This document shows, piece by piece, positions 13,157-27,862 of a stretch of DNA of 64,000 nucleotides. A program made the position numbers and the translations under genes. How positions within the stretch are numbered: position 1 is the first letter of the stretch; each line of letters begins with the position of its first letter. The notes beneath the pieces are model-generated. The model had not been told where the DNA came from, ran no database searches, and worked only from the letters and a program-made list of their open reading frames with translations. Source of the stretch: the human T2T-CHM13v2.0 reference genome, Homo sapiens; NCBI RefSeq assembly GCF_009914755.1, contig NC_060929.1; one strand, written 5' to 3'.

Positions 13157-15220
13157 GAAAATTGAGAGTGAAAAGTTGGGCTATTGCTAATAACAAATAC
13201 CTAAAAAATGTAAGAGTGTCTTTGGAGCTGGATAATGAGTAGAGGCTAGATGAATATGGAGGAGCAGGCTATAAAATGCCTATGTTGCCCTGAATGGAGT
13301 GTTAACAGTGATTCTCATGAGGGCTTGGAAGAAGAGAAGACTAAGGAAAGTCTGGAACTTATTAAAGATTATTTAAGTGACTGTGACCATAATACTGGTA
13401 GAAATATGGACAGTGAAGACCATTCTGGTATGATCTCAGATGGAACTGAGGAACAAAGTATTGAAACCTGGACTGAAGACCATCCTTATTATAAAGACAA
13501 AAAACTTGACTTGATTGTGTCATGCCTGAGAGCTTTATGGAATCCAAAACTTAAGAACAATAAATTTGGATATATGACAGAAGAAATATCTAAGCAGCAA
13601 AGCAATCAGGCTGCCACATGGCTTCTTTTAGCTGCTTACATTAAGCTGTTAGAGGCAAAAGAATAACTTTTACCTTGTAGACAGAATTTATAATCAAAAA
13701 GGAAGCAAAGCAGAAAGATTGAAAAACTCTTAGTCTGGCCATGTAAAGAGTGAAAAGCATGCTTGGGAGAGAAAACCAAGTGTGTGGCCCAGCAACCTTT
13801 CGCTAAAGAGATTAGTATTGTTAGAAGGGGTCAGCAAGACAATTAAAAAAGGACCTCAAAGGCATTTTAGAGATTTTTGAAACTGCCTCTCCCATCATAG
13901 GCCCAGAGGGCCAGAAGTACAGAATGACGTCAGGGGATGGAGGATGGGCCCAAGGTGCCCTTCAGGGAATTGAAGCTCAGGACTGCCTCTAGGCTTTTCT
14001 CCTTGCATCCCAGCACAATGCTCTTTGGCTTCCACAGCCATGGTTCATGTGGGCTCATGTGTGGCTTAGGCCACAGCTTCAGAAGATGCAATTGACAAAT
14101 CTTGGCAGCAGCCACATGATAAGTCTGCAGGCACATGCAATGCAAGACTTGTGGAGTCACAGCTTCCTCCACCTGGATTTCAAACTATGTTGCAAACAGC
14201 AGAGACTGGCCTTGTTACAGAGGCAGAGCCACCACAGAGAACCTTTACTAGGTCTATGCCAAGTGGAAATGTGGGGATGAAGTGAGAGCTGCCACGAGGA
14301 GCTCCCACAAGGGCAATGCCTAGTGAAGTTCCCAGGATAAGGCCATCCACAAGACCCTATAACTGTAGAGCTACCAGCATGCAATACCAGTCTGGGGGAA
14401 CTGAAGGCACAACACTTCAACATGAGAGAATTGCTGAACCCAGCAAAGCCATAAGGGTGGGGCTGCCTGAAGCCTTGGTGGCCCAAACATCCCAGTGTGT
14501 CTAGGATGTGGCAGGAGTGAAAAAAATATATTTTGAAGGTTTTAGACTTAATATTGTTTTCCCTGTTGGATTTTGGACTTACTTGGGACCAGGTACCTCT
14601 TATTTCTTGACTCTTTCCCTTTTCTGAATGGAAACATTTATCCTATGTTTGTCCAACCGTGGTATTTTGGAAGTATAGGCATACCTTATTTTATTGTGCT
14701 TTGCTTTATCATGCTTTGCAGTTATTGTGTTGTTTATACACTGAAGGTTTGTAGCAACTTTGCTTCGAGCAAGTCTATCTCCACAATTTCTCCAACAGCA
14801 TATGCTCACTTCATGTCTCTGTGTTAGCATTTTTTAGCAATCAAGTATTTTTTAAATTAAGCTATTTACCTTTTTTAGATATAATGCTATTACACACTTA
14901 ACTATAGTGTAAACATAGCTTTATATGCACCAAGAAATGAAAAATATGTGTGGCTTCCACTGTTGCAATATTTGCTTTATTGTGGTGATCTGAAACTGAA
15001 CCTGCATTATCTCTGAGATATGCCTATAAAGACCTTGTTTAATTTTACAGGCCCATAATTGGAGGGAATGGAACTCAAGATGAATTGAGCCTTAAATCTT
15101 AAATAAGACTTTGGACTTTTGAGTTGGTTCTGGAAGGAGTTAAAACGTTGTGGCTTTGTGGATGAAGTGAATGCCTTTTTCATGTGAGAAGGACTTGGAT
15201 TTTGGGAACCAGGGCTGTAA
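13157..15220 (+). mobile_element. MST-type MaLR internal region
   Basis: Starts GAAAATTG and lies between two homologous LTRs. Contains residual ORF 13250-13666 (...EEISKQQS...WLLLAAY), typical of the MaLR internal ORF. Confidence 0.9.
14676..15026 (+). mobile_element. Internally deleted Tigger1 (both TIRs, TA TSD)
   Basis: TA|TAGGCATACCTTATTTTATTGTGC...ATTATCTCTGAGATATGCCTA|TA. Tigger1 left and right ends are joined near 14825. Confidence 0.92.
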
Positions 15221-15580
15221 TGCTATAATCTAAATGTGTCTCTCAAGTTCCATGTGTTGAAAACTTAACTCCCAAATTTATGTAATGATGGTATTTAGAG
15301 GTGGGGCCTTTGGGAGCTAATTAGGATCAAATAAGGTCATCAAGGAGGTGCCTTCATGATGGGACTGGTGGCTTTATAAGAAGAAGAAAGACCTGAGCGA
15401 CAGGCACTTACCTTCTTGTCATGTGATGCTCTCTTCCATGTTATGACATACCCAAAAGGCCCTCCCAGGCCCCTCAAACTTGGACTTCTCAGTTTACAAA
15501 ACTGTAAGAAATATTTCTTTTCTTTATAAATTACCCAGTTTCAGGTATTCTGTTATTGCAAGGGTAAACAGACTAAGACA
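15221..15580 (+). mobile_element. MSTD-like 3' LTR
   Basis: TGCTATAATCTAAATGTGTC...GACTAAGACA. Flanks ATGTAC / ATGAAC resemble a TSD. Confidence 0.92.
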
Positions 15581-15928
15581 ATGAACAACCCAAATCCTAG
15601 CATAAATGTTTATCCATCTCACTATCCAATATATTATTAAAGTATATCAGCAATAAGCACACTTATAACATATATAATTATCATTATTATTAAATTAATA
15701 AATGTTATCCCTCAGAAGTCCAAAAATACTCAAATAGGATATAACATTGGTAATGAAAAATTTTGACATTACATTATTTAGTCACAGACGTGAATCAAAA
15801 TAGGTCATTTATTAAAATAAAAAGTGAATATTGTGTAACTCATTTACATTTTTTACATAATAAAATTAAGGGCTTAATTTCTAGTTATCCTTTGATCGAG
15901 TTTATGATGTTTCTCTGTATTCCTTAGG

Positions 15929-16335
15929 CATCTTAGTCTCTTTTCTACTGCCATAACAGAATACCACAGACTGGGTAATTTATAAACAATAGAAATTTAT
16001 TTGGCTCATAGTTCTGGAGGTTGAGAAGTTCAAGAGCATAGCACTGGCATCTGGCAAGTTTCATCTTATGTTGGAACAGGAGAAGGTATAAGGGCATCAC
16101 ACAGGGAAGCAGCACATGCATGAGACCAAGAGAGGATGGAAACCAAACTTATCCTTTTATCAGGAGCTCACTTCTGTGATAATAGCCCACTCCTGTAATA
16201 ACAGCATTAATTCATTCATGAAGGCAGAGCCCTTATGACCTAATCCCCTATTTAAAGTCTCGTCTTGTAATACTACTACAATGGCAATTAAATTTGCACA
16301 TGAGGTTTGGAGAGAACATTCAAACCATAATAGCA
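15929..16335 (-). mobile_element. MSTC-like solo LTR
   Basis: TCTTAGTC...ATAACAGAATACCACAGACTGGGTAATTTATAAAC...CAATGGCAATTAAATTT...CATTCAAACCATAATAGCA. Confidence 0.88.
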
Positions 16336-17572
16336 TCTGAGACTTTAGAAAGTATGAAAAATTGCAAAACTCTTGGCCCACCTTAAGTATGTTTTCACCT
16401 GAGTGTACTGCTTAAGAGCAATGTAAATATGTACTTTTACCAACATTTTGATATATCCAAATGCATTATTCTTGTACTTTTGAACCTTGGCTACTCAATG
16501 GACCTGAGAATCAAATACATTTCCTTTTGAGTGAGCAGATCATGATTTCACAGTCCTCAGTATATTTAAACTATAGAAGATCAGATTGTTGTTACTGGAA
16601 ACTGAAGTTTCAACTAAAAAAAAAAAAACTGCAATGGTTAATTTTTAAACTTTCATCCTCAGTTCTATTAACCATCCTAGGGGGACAAGAGTCTTTTTCA
16701 GTGAACAAATAAAAAATTAGTTTTCTATTCAGTGATTATTTAAGTCTAGGGTACAATAGCCCTGTTCACATCATGGGTATGAAAAAATATCAAAATTTGG
16801 TTTAAACAAATATTATCCAAGCTGTAAAGTAAAATAAGATGTAGAATCAGATTTTATTTTCTCCAACACTTATCAAGAGTTTTCATATGCTTTTTTAAAA
16901 GCTATTATCTCACAACCTCTATAATGTATTTCTTAGTTTCTTTTCATGCGAAGGCAAGCTGTAGTGTGAACATTTATAATCATCTTTAAACCTATGGCAT
17001 GCCTAATTTAATTTCACTAATACATATGTTCATATTATCAAAGATACATTTATTTTAAATTCTGTTTACTACATATTTCTTTAGAAGAGCATTACAAATG
17101 CATGCCAATGAAATATGTGAACATATTTTTAAAATTTTATTTCTGAAATTATATTTTTGAGACCAAGCTTTTTAATTTATGAAAAAATTTTAACCTCTCA
17201 AATTTTTAAATTTTCTTCACTCACTATACTTCTCTCTTATTGCATTTATTATAACCATTATATAACTTATTATTTATATTATTACTAAAAATAGAACCTG
17301 TTACTCCTTTAAGAATATAACATAATTAATTTGTTGCTTAAGTAATTATTGAATTATATGTTAAATCCTTGTGAAACTATAAGCTTTATTATAGCAGTCT
17401 CAATATGTATATACTTATTAACATTTGACCTCCATGAGCTTAGCACTTAGCATGGAACCTGGTACCAATAAGGGCTCAATTATTTTTTTCTGAATAAAAA
17501 ATGAATAATTTTATGACATTTTACATCAAACTGTGGAATTAAAGTTATTTACTGTACACTATATATGCACTT

Positions 17573-17592
17573 GTGTGTGTGTGTGTGTGTGT
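17573..17592. repeat. (TG)n microsatellite
   Basis: Direct reading. Confidence 0.9.
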
Positions 17593-20228
17593 ATAAGAAT
17601 TGTAGATAATATGCTCAAAAGTCCTTTTGTCCTCAATGACATAAAAAATCTCCAAGGGCTTTTGCAGATTGGGGTGTTGGTGGTAGATGATAGGTAGGAG
17701 GCTTCATGCTCTATGGATTCTCTCTCTTATAGAAATTCCTACATTTGACCCACAATTTGATTATCCCCATAAAACCTAGAAACTTGGTATAAACAGCTGG
17801 CTTTCTCATGAATAGTGGACATTTTTTGTTTTCAGGCCCATGACACTATCTCAGCCTACTTGTACTTTTCATAGATAAGGTAAATATATACCACACATTA
17901 TTTGAGATTGTAGTGTAACACCATTATCTTACCAATATTCAGTTATATATAAAAAATTGCAATAATTTTACAGTTATATAGAAACAGTATTGAATAATTT
18001 GTTATTCTAAAGTTGCCTTTAATATTTTCTTTGTGTCGATACTAATGGTACATTCTTGAAATCTCATGCATAAGAAAAATAAAATATACAACTTCCTCAT
18101 AAATGTGTAGAAACAGTAATGCTCTTCTACAATACTATTACAATAACCCTGGTCAAAAATAACATTGTACTTTCAAGTTTGTCAGAATCTTCAACTCATT
18201 ATTGTTCTTGTTTTAGAATTTACACAAGAAATCTATCTTTAGATACTACCGGTTAACTTAAACAAATTTATTCTTAAATCAATGAGAACTATTTCAAGAC
18301 TTGGTCAGTAAGTGTTTTGTATATTCCTCTTCTTATATACACCATCCAGAAACAAAAATGGAAGCAAAAGCTAAATTTATTGTTTGAGATTGTCACTAGA
18401 ACATATTTATAGAAAAACAATACTACCATGAAATATACATTGCCTAGTTTATATATTAACTATTGAATTATTTCAAAATTAAATGTTTTGAATAAGAAAA
18501 TTGTCATTTATTCCAAATAAATATGATAAAAGAAATATTGAACTCTCTTAGTTTTTAATGTAACAACCTTTGGATAACCTATCTTGTTCAATTTTACTAT
18601 ATTATAAATTTAAAAATCATTCTACCTTCAATTCTCTATCTTATTAATGATAATCAATTAAATTCACAATATTAGTTATTTTTATATATGACTTAAAATA
18701 TTTTGACATTAAAATAACCCAATAGAAAAAAAGCTAGTTTATTTAATGTTTTCAAAGAAATTTTTATCATTTCAAACTACCTAATTGTCAATCTATTTGA
18801 AGTTAAGTAATGGTACAAATTTAGCCTTGCTATTTAATACTTTAACAATATAATGATTTTGCACACTATTCCAGGAATATAGGTTTAAATTATTCATAAA
18901 GGATAGTTTAATTCTAAAATGAATGGATAACTACACCTTATTTAACTGATGCTTGCATCTAATTATTTTGATATAGTTTCTTATTGGAAATGACTTTGGT
19001 TAACAGTAAATCGATTTTTCTCTCTATCATATGACAGACTATTTATCCTCCCTAACAAATACTTTTTTCAAGAAAAATAACTTATTTATAGTGACAAGAA
19101 GACATTTTCTATTTTATATGTAAAACTTTATCCCGCTGCATTTTACAATTTTAACACAGAGTAAAAAAGTTTGGTGAACCAGAATAGTGATGGGTCACCC
19201 TTAAAGGTATAGAATCATTATTATGTTAAATTTACTAAGTTTTTAAAAAGTTTTAATATTTAAAGACCCCAGAGATCAAGCAAAATGTATATAAAAGCTT
19301 TCTTTTGGTGCAGATCATTTTCATTACCTCTTCAAGTTAGTTATTATTGGTTTATAGAATGCTATTAATGCTTATATATTTATTGTTTTTATTTACTAAA
19401 TTCTTAAATATGTAATATGTTTTTATTGGCTATTTGGAATAATACAATTATTGTTACATTTTATATTTTATTCAGATATCTGTATTTTTTTGTGTTTCAT
19501 GCCTCACTTTTTTATTCATCAATTAGTTTGTTTTCAAAATAGAGAGAGAGAAAGCATGGATGATGTGCCAACCATTGCCCCAGTTTCTGGGAAGGAAGGA
19601 GTAGAAAAAATAACCACAGTCCTTGGTTCTTATGAAACCTTAAATCTAACAGGAAAAGTGGACATCTTACAAATTTAATTAATTCCAACTGACATAGTAT
19701 TATGAATACAAGTTTGTATAGAAGCATATGCTAGAGGACCAAGACATATGAAATTCTTATTACACAATTTACTTATAAGGCAAATAACTATAATAAGGGA
19801 AACACGGTAATAAAACAAGATATAGTTTTAAAAACTGCAGCTATTTCTGCTGAAGAAATTTTAATAATGTGAGAAACGAAGGACTTTAAAATAAAGGAGA
19901 CTTAGATAGCTCTCAATAGAAAATTATGTTCTCTCTGCCAAATGCCAAGGACATATCTAAAGTTTCTTGCATTGTAGCAGTAGAGGGAACAATTATACCC
20001 ATATAGTAATGGCAAGTTTTAACATAACTAAATATGAGCCATTATGTAGCATTTACACTACACTGATTTTTCATAATTTATGCAATGACAAATGGCAAGT
20101 AAAAAGGCTATTGTTGCTTAAATATAATTCTTGATGACTTTACACTTCTAAGTTTCAACTTTGATGGAGATCGAAAAATTTTTGTAACTCCCATATCAGC
20201 CATATCATAAAGAACTAGTGGTTTCAAT

Positions 20229-23200
20229 CAAAACATGACAGACTAGACGCAGCCAGGTGGAACAACTCCCAACGAAGGACCGAGACCACTGGCATGCTCC
20301 TAACAGATCTTCAGAGGGAAGGCACCGAGAGTGGATGGAGGGAAGACACAGAAACTGGGCTGAAGGGAGAAAGCTAGGAACCCTGCATGGGGCTACCACA
20401 CGCCAGGACTCATTCCTGGCCCACAACGGCAGGGGCAATGAGTGTGTTTAACTGACAATGAGCAATCTGCTCTCGCCATGGGCCTCTGGAACCCCAGCAA
20501 AAGGAGACCTCTCAATCACTGTGGACACTCTAGTTGCCAGGGGGCTGCTGAAAGAAATGGTAGGAGCAGCAAGCCAGGTGATGTAGAGCCCACAGGGTTT
20601 GGTGTGGGAGCATCCGTAGTGGAACAAAGATAGGGTCGGCCATCCATCTAGGCTCAACTTGCTCCCATAAGAGACTTTAGCCCTATGACAACTGTTGGAT
20701 CTCAACTTTGCCCTATGCCAACTGTTGGATCTCAATTTTGCAGGGTGGTCTTCCCCATCAGATGAGGCCGGTCCGACTTGAGCTCCCCTTGGTCTGCTGG
20801 CCTCTCCCAAGGCCCCAGCATACCCATGCCTGCTTGCTGGGCAATCTCAGGTTCCCTGGAGGCCTGCACTACACCAACTGCACTGACAGACCGTGCCTGA
20901 CTGGCAGAGAGTTTCAGCAAGGTAGCCCCTGTAGCCATGCACCAGCCCACACATTCCCTCCCTACACTGCAGCTTCCCCTGGGCCCACAGCAACTCCCCA
21001 CATCACTTTGCTGGCACATGTATGCAAGAGTGGGTTTTGATTTCCTTGCCCCACCAGTGTGCGGGAGTGCAGTCCGCCTCCCTTCCCACCGCCAAACTCT
21101 ATGGCAGACAGAGGCTTGGCTGTCACAGAGCCAGCCAGCCCCACACCTAACACCACCTGACCTTGGGCTAACAGTGCTCAGAGAACAGCAGATCCTTCCC
21201 CACGCAGAACGATCACTCCCTCTTGCAGGGCACAGAGAAGGCACTCAGACCTATGCCCACCAGCCCACCTCCGAGCCAACACCACTTTCAGTGCTACAAC
21301 ACACAGTCGCCAGCAGGGGCCCCCTGCACCCCAACTGGGTAGCCTCCACCACTATGGTGAACACCCTCAGGGAGCCAGGCACCCCAGCACCCACTAGAAC
21401 TCTGCTGTAGTTTCTTCTACTGCTGCTGTTGGCATGTACAAAGGAAGACAAATCCCATTGTCCCCACACTTCAAAATGCTTTGGCTGACACCACCCATCA
21501 GAATGGAGTGACTAGCAGTCTGGGAGCACCTCAGCTCTCCCAGCAAAGAGGATTTCTAACCTCAGTGAGCCAGACAACAAACTCAGGGCCCAATACAAGT
21601 CCCCGAGAGCTAAAGCATGCAGTCCGGGATTTGGGAACTGAGCATTGGCCTCCTAAAATCTTCCAGAAACAAAGCTAAGTTAGCTGAATCCACCCTATAC
21701 CACAATCAAAGCCTCAAGGTCATCAAATAGGATAAAAAAAAAATCCAAAGGTCAGCAGCCTCAAAGATTGAAGGTAGATAACCCCAAATGATGAGAAAGA
21801 ATCAGTGCAAGAAACCCGAAAACTCACAAAGCTAGAGTGCTTTCTTTCCTCCAACTACTCCAGGAAGAGTTCTGAACCAGGCTGAGATGGGCTGAAACAA
21901 CAAAAATAGAATTCAGAATATGGATAGGAACAAAGATCATTGAGCTACAGGAGTACCTTGAATCCCAATACAAGGAAGCTAAAAGTAATGGTAAAACAAT
22001 GCAGGAGCTCACCGACAAAATAGCCAGGAGAGAAAAGAATGTAAGCCCGATAGGGCTGAAAAACACACTATAAGAATTTCATAATCACAAGTATTAATAG
22101 CAGAATAGACCCAGTGGAAGAAAGAATCTCGGAGCTTGAAGACTGACTTTCTGAAATAAGACAGACAAGAAGAGAGGAAAAAAGAATGAAAAGGAACAAA
22201 CAAAACCTCTGATAAATATGAGATTATCCCAAATCTATAACATCATTGGTGTCCCTTAAAGAGATGGGAAGAAAGAAAGCAACTTGGAAAACATACTTTA
22301 GGATGTCATCTATAAGAACTTCCCGAGCCTAGTTAGAGAGGCCAACATTTTCACAAGAAGATCATCCCTAAGACACATAATCATCAGATTCACCTAGATC
22401 GAAATGAAACAATTTTAAAGGCAGCTAGAAAGAAAGATCAGGTCACCTACAAAGGTAAGCCCATCAGGATAACAGCAAACTTCTCAGCAAGTCAATAACT
22501 GTGATTCATCACATAAAAAGAACTGAAGAAAAAACTACATGATTATCTCAATAGATGCAGAAAAGGCTTTCTATAAAATTCAATACTCCATATTAAAAAC
22601 TCTCAGTAAACTAGGTATTGAAGGAACACACCTCATAATAAGAGCCATCTATGAGAGACCCACAGCCAACATCATACTAAATGGGCAAAAGTTGAAAGCA
22701 TTCCCCTTGAAAACCAGCACAATACAAGGATGCCCTCTCTCACCACTCCTATTCAACATAGTATTGGAAGTTCTGGCCATGGCAATCAGGCAAGAGAAAG
22801 AAATAAAGGGCTTCCAAAAAAGAGAGGAGGTCAAACTACCCGTTTGCAGACAGCATCATACTATATATAGAAAACCCCTTAGTCTGAGCCCAAAAGTTCT
22901 TTCAGCTGATAAACAATGTCAGCAAAGTCTCAGGATACAAAATCAATGTGCAAAAATCACTAACATTCCCATACACCAACAACAATCAAGCCAAGAACCA
23001 AATCAAGAACACAATCTCGTTCATAATTGCCACAAAAAGAATAAAAAACCTAGGAATACATCTAAGCAAGGAGGTGAAAGATCTCTACAAAGAGAACTAC
23101 AAAACATTGCTCAAAGAAATCAGAAATGAGACAAACAAATGGAAAACCATTCCATACTCATTCATAGGAAGAATACATATGGTTTAAATGGTCATACTGC

Positions 23201-24196
23201 CCAAAGCAATTTATAAATTCAATGCTAATCCTGTTAAACTGACATTGACATTCTTCACAGAACTAGAAAAAACTATGTTAAAATTCACATGGATCCAAAA
23301 AAGAGCCCGAATAGCCAAGGCAATGCTAAGCAACAGGACAAAAAAAGGCATCACACTACCCAAATTTATACTATACTACAGGGCTACAGTAACCAAAGCA
23401 GCATGTTATGGGTACAAAAAGAGACACATAGACCAATGGAACAGAATAGAGAACCCAGAAATCAGGCCACACACCTGGTTATCCATATGCAGAAGATTGA
23501 AACTGGAGCCCTTTCTCCTACCATATACAGATATTGACTCAAGATAGATTAAAGACTTTAACATAAAACCCAAAACTATAAAAACTCTGGAAGACAACCC
23601 AGGCAATATCACTCAGGACATAGGAATGGGCAAAGATTTCATGACGAAGACACCAAAAGCAATTGCAACACAAGCAAAAATTGACAAATGGGATGTAACT
23701 AAGCTAAAGAGCTTCTGCACAGCAAAATAATCTATCAACAGAATGAACAGAATCTACAGAATAAGAGAAAAATTGTGTGAACTATGATTCTGATAATGAT
23801 CTAATATCCAGCATCCATAAGGAATATAAACAAATTTACATGAAAAAAAAACCAAACGTGGCAAAAGATATGAACAGACACCTTTCAAAAGAAGACATAC
23901 ATGTGGTCAACAATCATATAAAAGAAGTTCAACATCGCTGATGATTAGGGAAATGCAAATCAAAATCATAATGAGATACCATCTCACACCAGTCAGAATG
24001 GCTATTATTAAAAAGTCAAAACATAAAAAATGCTGGCAAGTTTGCAGAGAGAAAGGAACACTGATACATTGTTCGTAAGAGTGCAAATTAGTTCAGCCAT
24101 CATGGAAGACAGTGTGGTGATTGCTCAAACATCTAAAAACAGAAATACCATCTGACCCAGCAATCTCATTACTGCGTATATACACAAAGGAATACA
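20229..24196 (+). mobile_element. Old primate L1 (L1PA13-16/L1P4-like): 5' UTR, partial ORF1 fused to mid-ORF2, no 3' UTR
   Basis: GC-rich 5' UTR (~20230-21700) and ORF1 remnant from ~21790. Jump to ORF2 at ~22489. RT peptides [11 protein letters not shown]...[18 protein letters not shown] and [11 protein letters not shown]. Confidence 0.93.
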
Positions 24197-24414
24197 TTTT
24201 CTGTTTATGTGAGGAATCACATTTATTGATATGCTGGGTGGTCTGCTGTTAGTCTGATGGGCTTCCCTTTGTAGGTGACCTGACCTTTCTCTCTAGCTGC
24301 CTTTAACATTCTTTCTTTTCTACCTAGGAGAATCTGATGATTATGCATCTTGGGGATCATCTTCTTGTGAAGTATCTTACTAGGGTTCTCTACATTTCCT
24401 GAATGTGAATGTTG
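24197..24414 (-). mobile_element. Inverted L1 fragment (ORF1 end plus the ORF1/ORF2 deletion junction)
   Basis: Minus-strand ORF contains MLKAAREKGQVTYKGKPIRLTAD (L1 ORF1p), followed by ORF2 sequence ATCAATAAATGTGATTCCTCACATAAACAG. Confidence 0.9.
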
Positions 24415-24989
24415 AATTATATACAAATAGGGGTGCCTGTTCTGCTGACAAACATTATCCAATAGCTTAGTCCAAGCTACCCTAGCCTTGTTTATTTGAT
24501 AATATGTTCCACTTATTGGACAAGAGCATATGATCAAAAATTAGCCAATTACAGGTCACAGTACCCTCAACCATTTGGCCTCAGTAACTACTTTCTAAAT
24601 GTCCCCAAATCCTGTCACTTCTGAGGCTACTTCTCCTGATATTGAATGCTGATATTTTGTTAGGTTTTATATTTGTAATTTTTATTTGTTTAATTAATTA
24701 GAGTAACGTTTTCATCACTTACAAATGAATCATAAGTAATACAGTGGTATATGATATAGAAAGTTAGTTTAGCATTATCTGAATCTTTCAAACAATATTA
24801 AATAAAAATAATGAAAATAGTAGCAAAATGATGATGTATATTCGTGAATTTAATACCTTCTTCTCCCACTCATTTAAATAATTAATAACAAAGCTATCAA
24901 ACAATAATCAGAAATAGAAACATAAAGATTTTATCTATTCAAATTGTTGATTAATAATATAATGCTCCTGAATATGTTTAAACACATTT

Positions 24990-26400
<1,411 letters not shown>

Positions 26401-26402
26401 TA

Positions 26403-26995
26403 TTGTTGTACAACTAAAGAAACCACAGATTGCTATCCAGGAAACTTCAAACCAAAAATGACTATAATAAATAATAATGCATTGTATATTTCAAAACTGC
26501 TAAAAGAATAGATTTCACATATTTTCATCATCAAAAATAGTAAGAATATGAGGCAATGGATTTGTTAATTAGCCTAACTTAATCACTGTATATTATAAAC
26601 ATATATCAAAACTTCACATTGTATCCCACAAATATATATGCTTATTATTTGTCAGTTACAAAGAAAACAAAAAACCTAAAGTCGTAAGAAGGTTACAGGC
26701 TCACCATTACAGAATGGCTTGTAAAGTGAATGTGAGAAAGTTGATTAACACTTTCAGTGACTGGTTACTACAGTGAAGTTTTCCCGATTGCAGTGGATTG
26801 GTTAGAAGTTATTATATTACTTGTGGAAGATGATTCAAGTTTTGTTTATGATTTTCAGAAGCATTTACAAGAAAGAATCTAAGTTTCCTTTATATGAAAA
26901 AAACCAAGCATGATTAAATTTTGCTTTTGTGGCCTAACTGGTTTTGTCTGCTCAGGGAACCCCTTGGCCTGATCTCTTTTCTATTTCATTTAACA
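26403..26995 (-). mobile_element. MER67-like ERV1 LTR, interrupted by an L1MA 3' end
   Basis: Reverse complement starts TGTTAAATGAAATAG...CCCTGAGCAGACAAAACCAGTTAGGCC. Confidence 0.65.
26455..26675 (+). mobile_element. L1MA 3' end (short, 5'-truncated)
   Basis: ATTGTATATTTCAAAACTGCTAAAAGAATAG...GTTAATTAGCC...TTATTTGTCAGTT followed by an A-rich tail. Confidence 0.85.
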
Positions 26996-27059
26996 CACTT
27001 AAAGAATAGATTGTATATAGCAGAGGGGAGAAGAAAATCTTTAATCAATGCAAAATATT

Positions 27060-27730
27060 TCAAAGTTACAGAAAAAGAAACAAAATGCAGATACTTAAAA
27101 GCACACAAATAGATGGCAAAAAGAAAAAAACATAATCAGAAAATGTACAAGTGTTAAAGCCTTCTGTTAAGGGACATATGATTGGATATAAAAAATACAC
27201 ATATAGATAATTTTCAAAATCCTAACAATAACAATTGCTGATGAGGTTGCAGAACACCATGAATTCTTCATTTATTGTGGTAGGAATGCAAAATAGTACA
27301 GACAATCTGGAAGATAGTTGGAAATTTCTTACAAAGCTAAACATAGTTTATCATAAGATTCAGTAATTATGTTTCTACATCTTTACCTAAATGATTTAAA
27401 TGTCTGTGTCCCTACAAAAACCAGGATACACATTCATTCATAATCATAATAAATTGGAAGGAATTAAGATAGCCTTTCACTGGATGGATAAACAAACTAG
27501 TACATTTATACAGTTTGATACTATTAAATAATAAAAAAGAATAAAATAATAATAAAAAATAAAATAAAAAATAATAAAAAAACCATCAAGTCATGTTAAG
27601 ACATGGATAAATGATAGATCATATTACTGCCTGAAAAAAGCCAATCTAATTATATATATAATATATATATAATTTAAATATAATTTATATAAAATATATA
27701 TATTTATATTGTATGAATCCTTTAACATAT
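27060..27730 (+). mobile_element. L1MC/MD-type 3' fragment
   Basis: TTGCTGATGAGGTTGCAG...GTAGGAATGCAAAATAGTACAG...AAAAAAGCCAATCT. Confidence 0.7.

Positions 27731-27862
<132 letters not shown>

Noticed and set aside
20205-21678. Cluster of overlapping ORFs in a GC-rich region that looks like a promoter or gene
   Set aside because: This is the L1 5' UTR. Higher GC lowers stop-codon frequency, and CpGs are depleted.
22539-23547. Reverse-transcriptase-like ORFs (196, 79 and 119 aa)
   Set aside because: Frameshifted L1 ORF2 remnants with no endonuclease domain, so not a functional gene.
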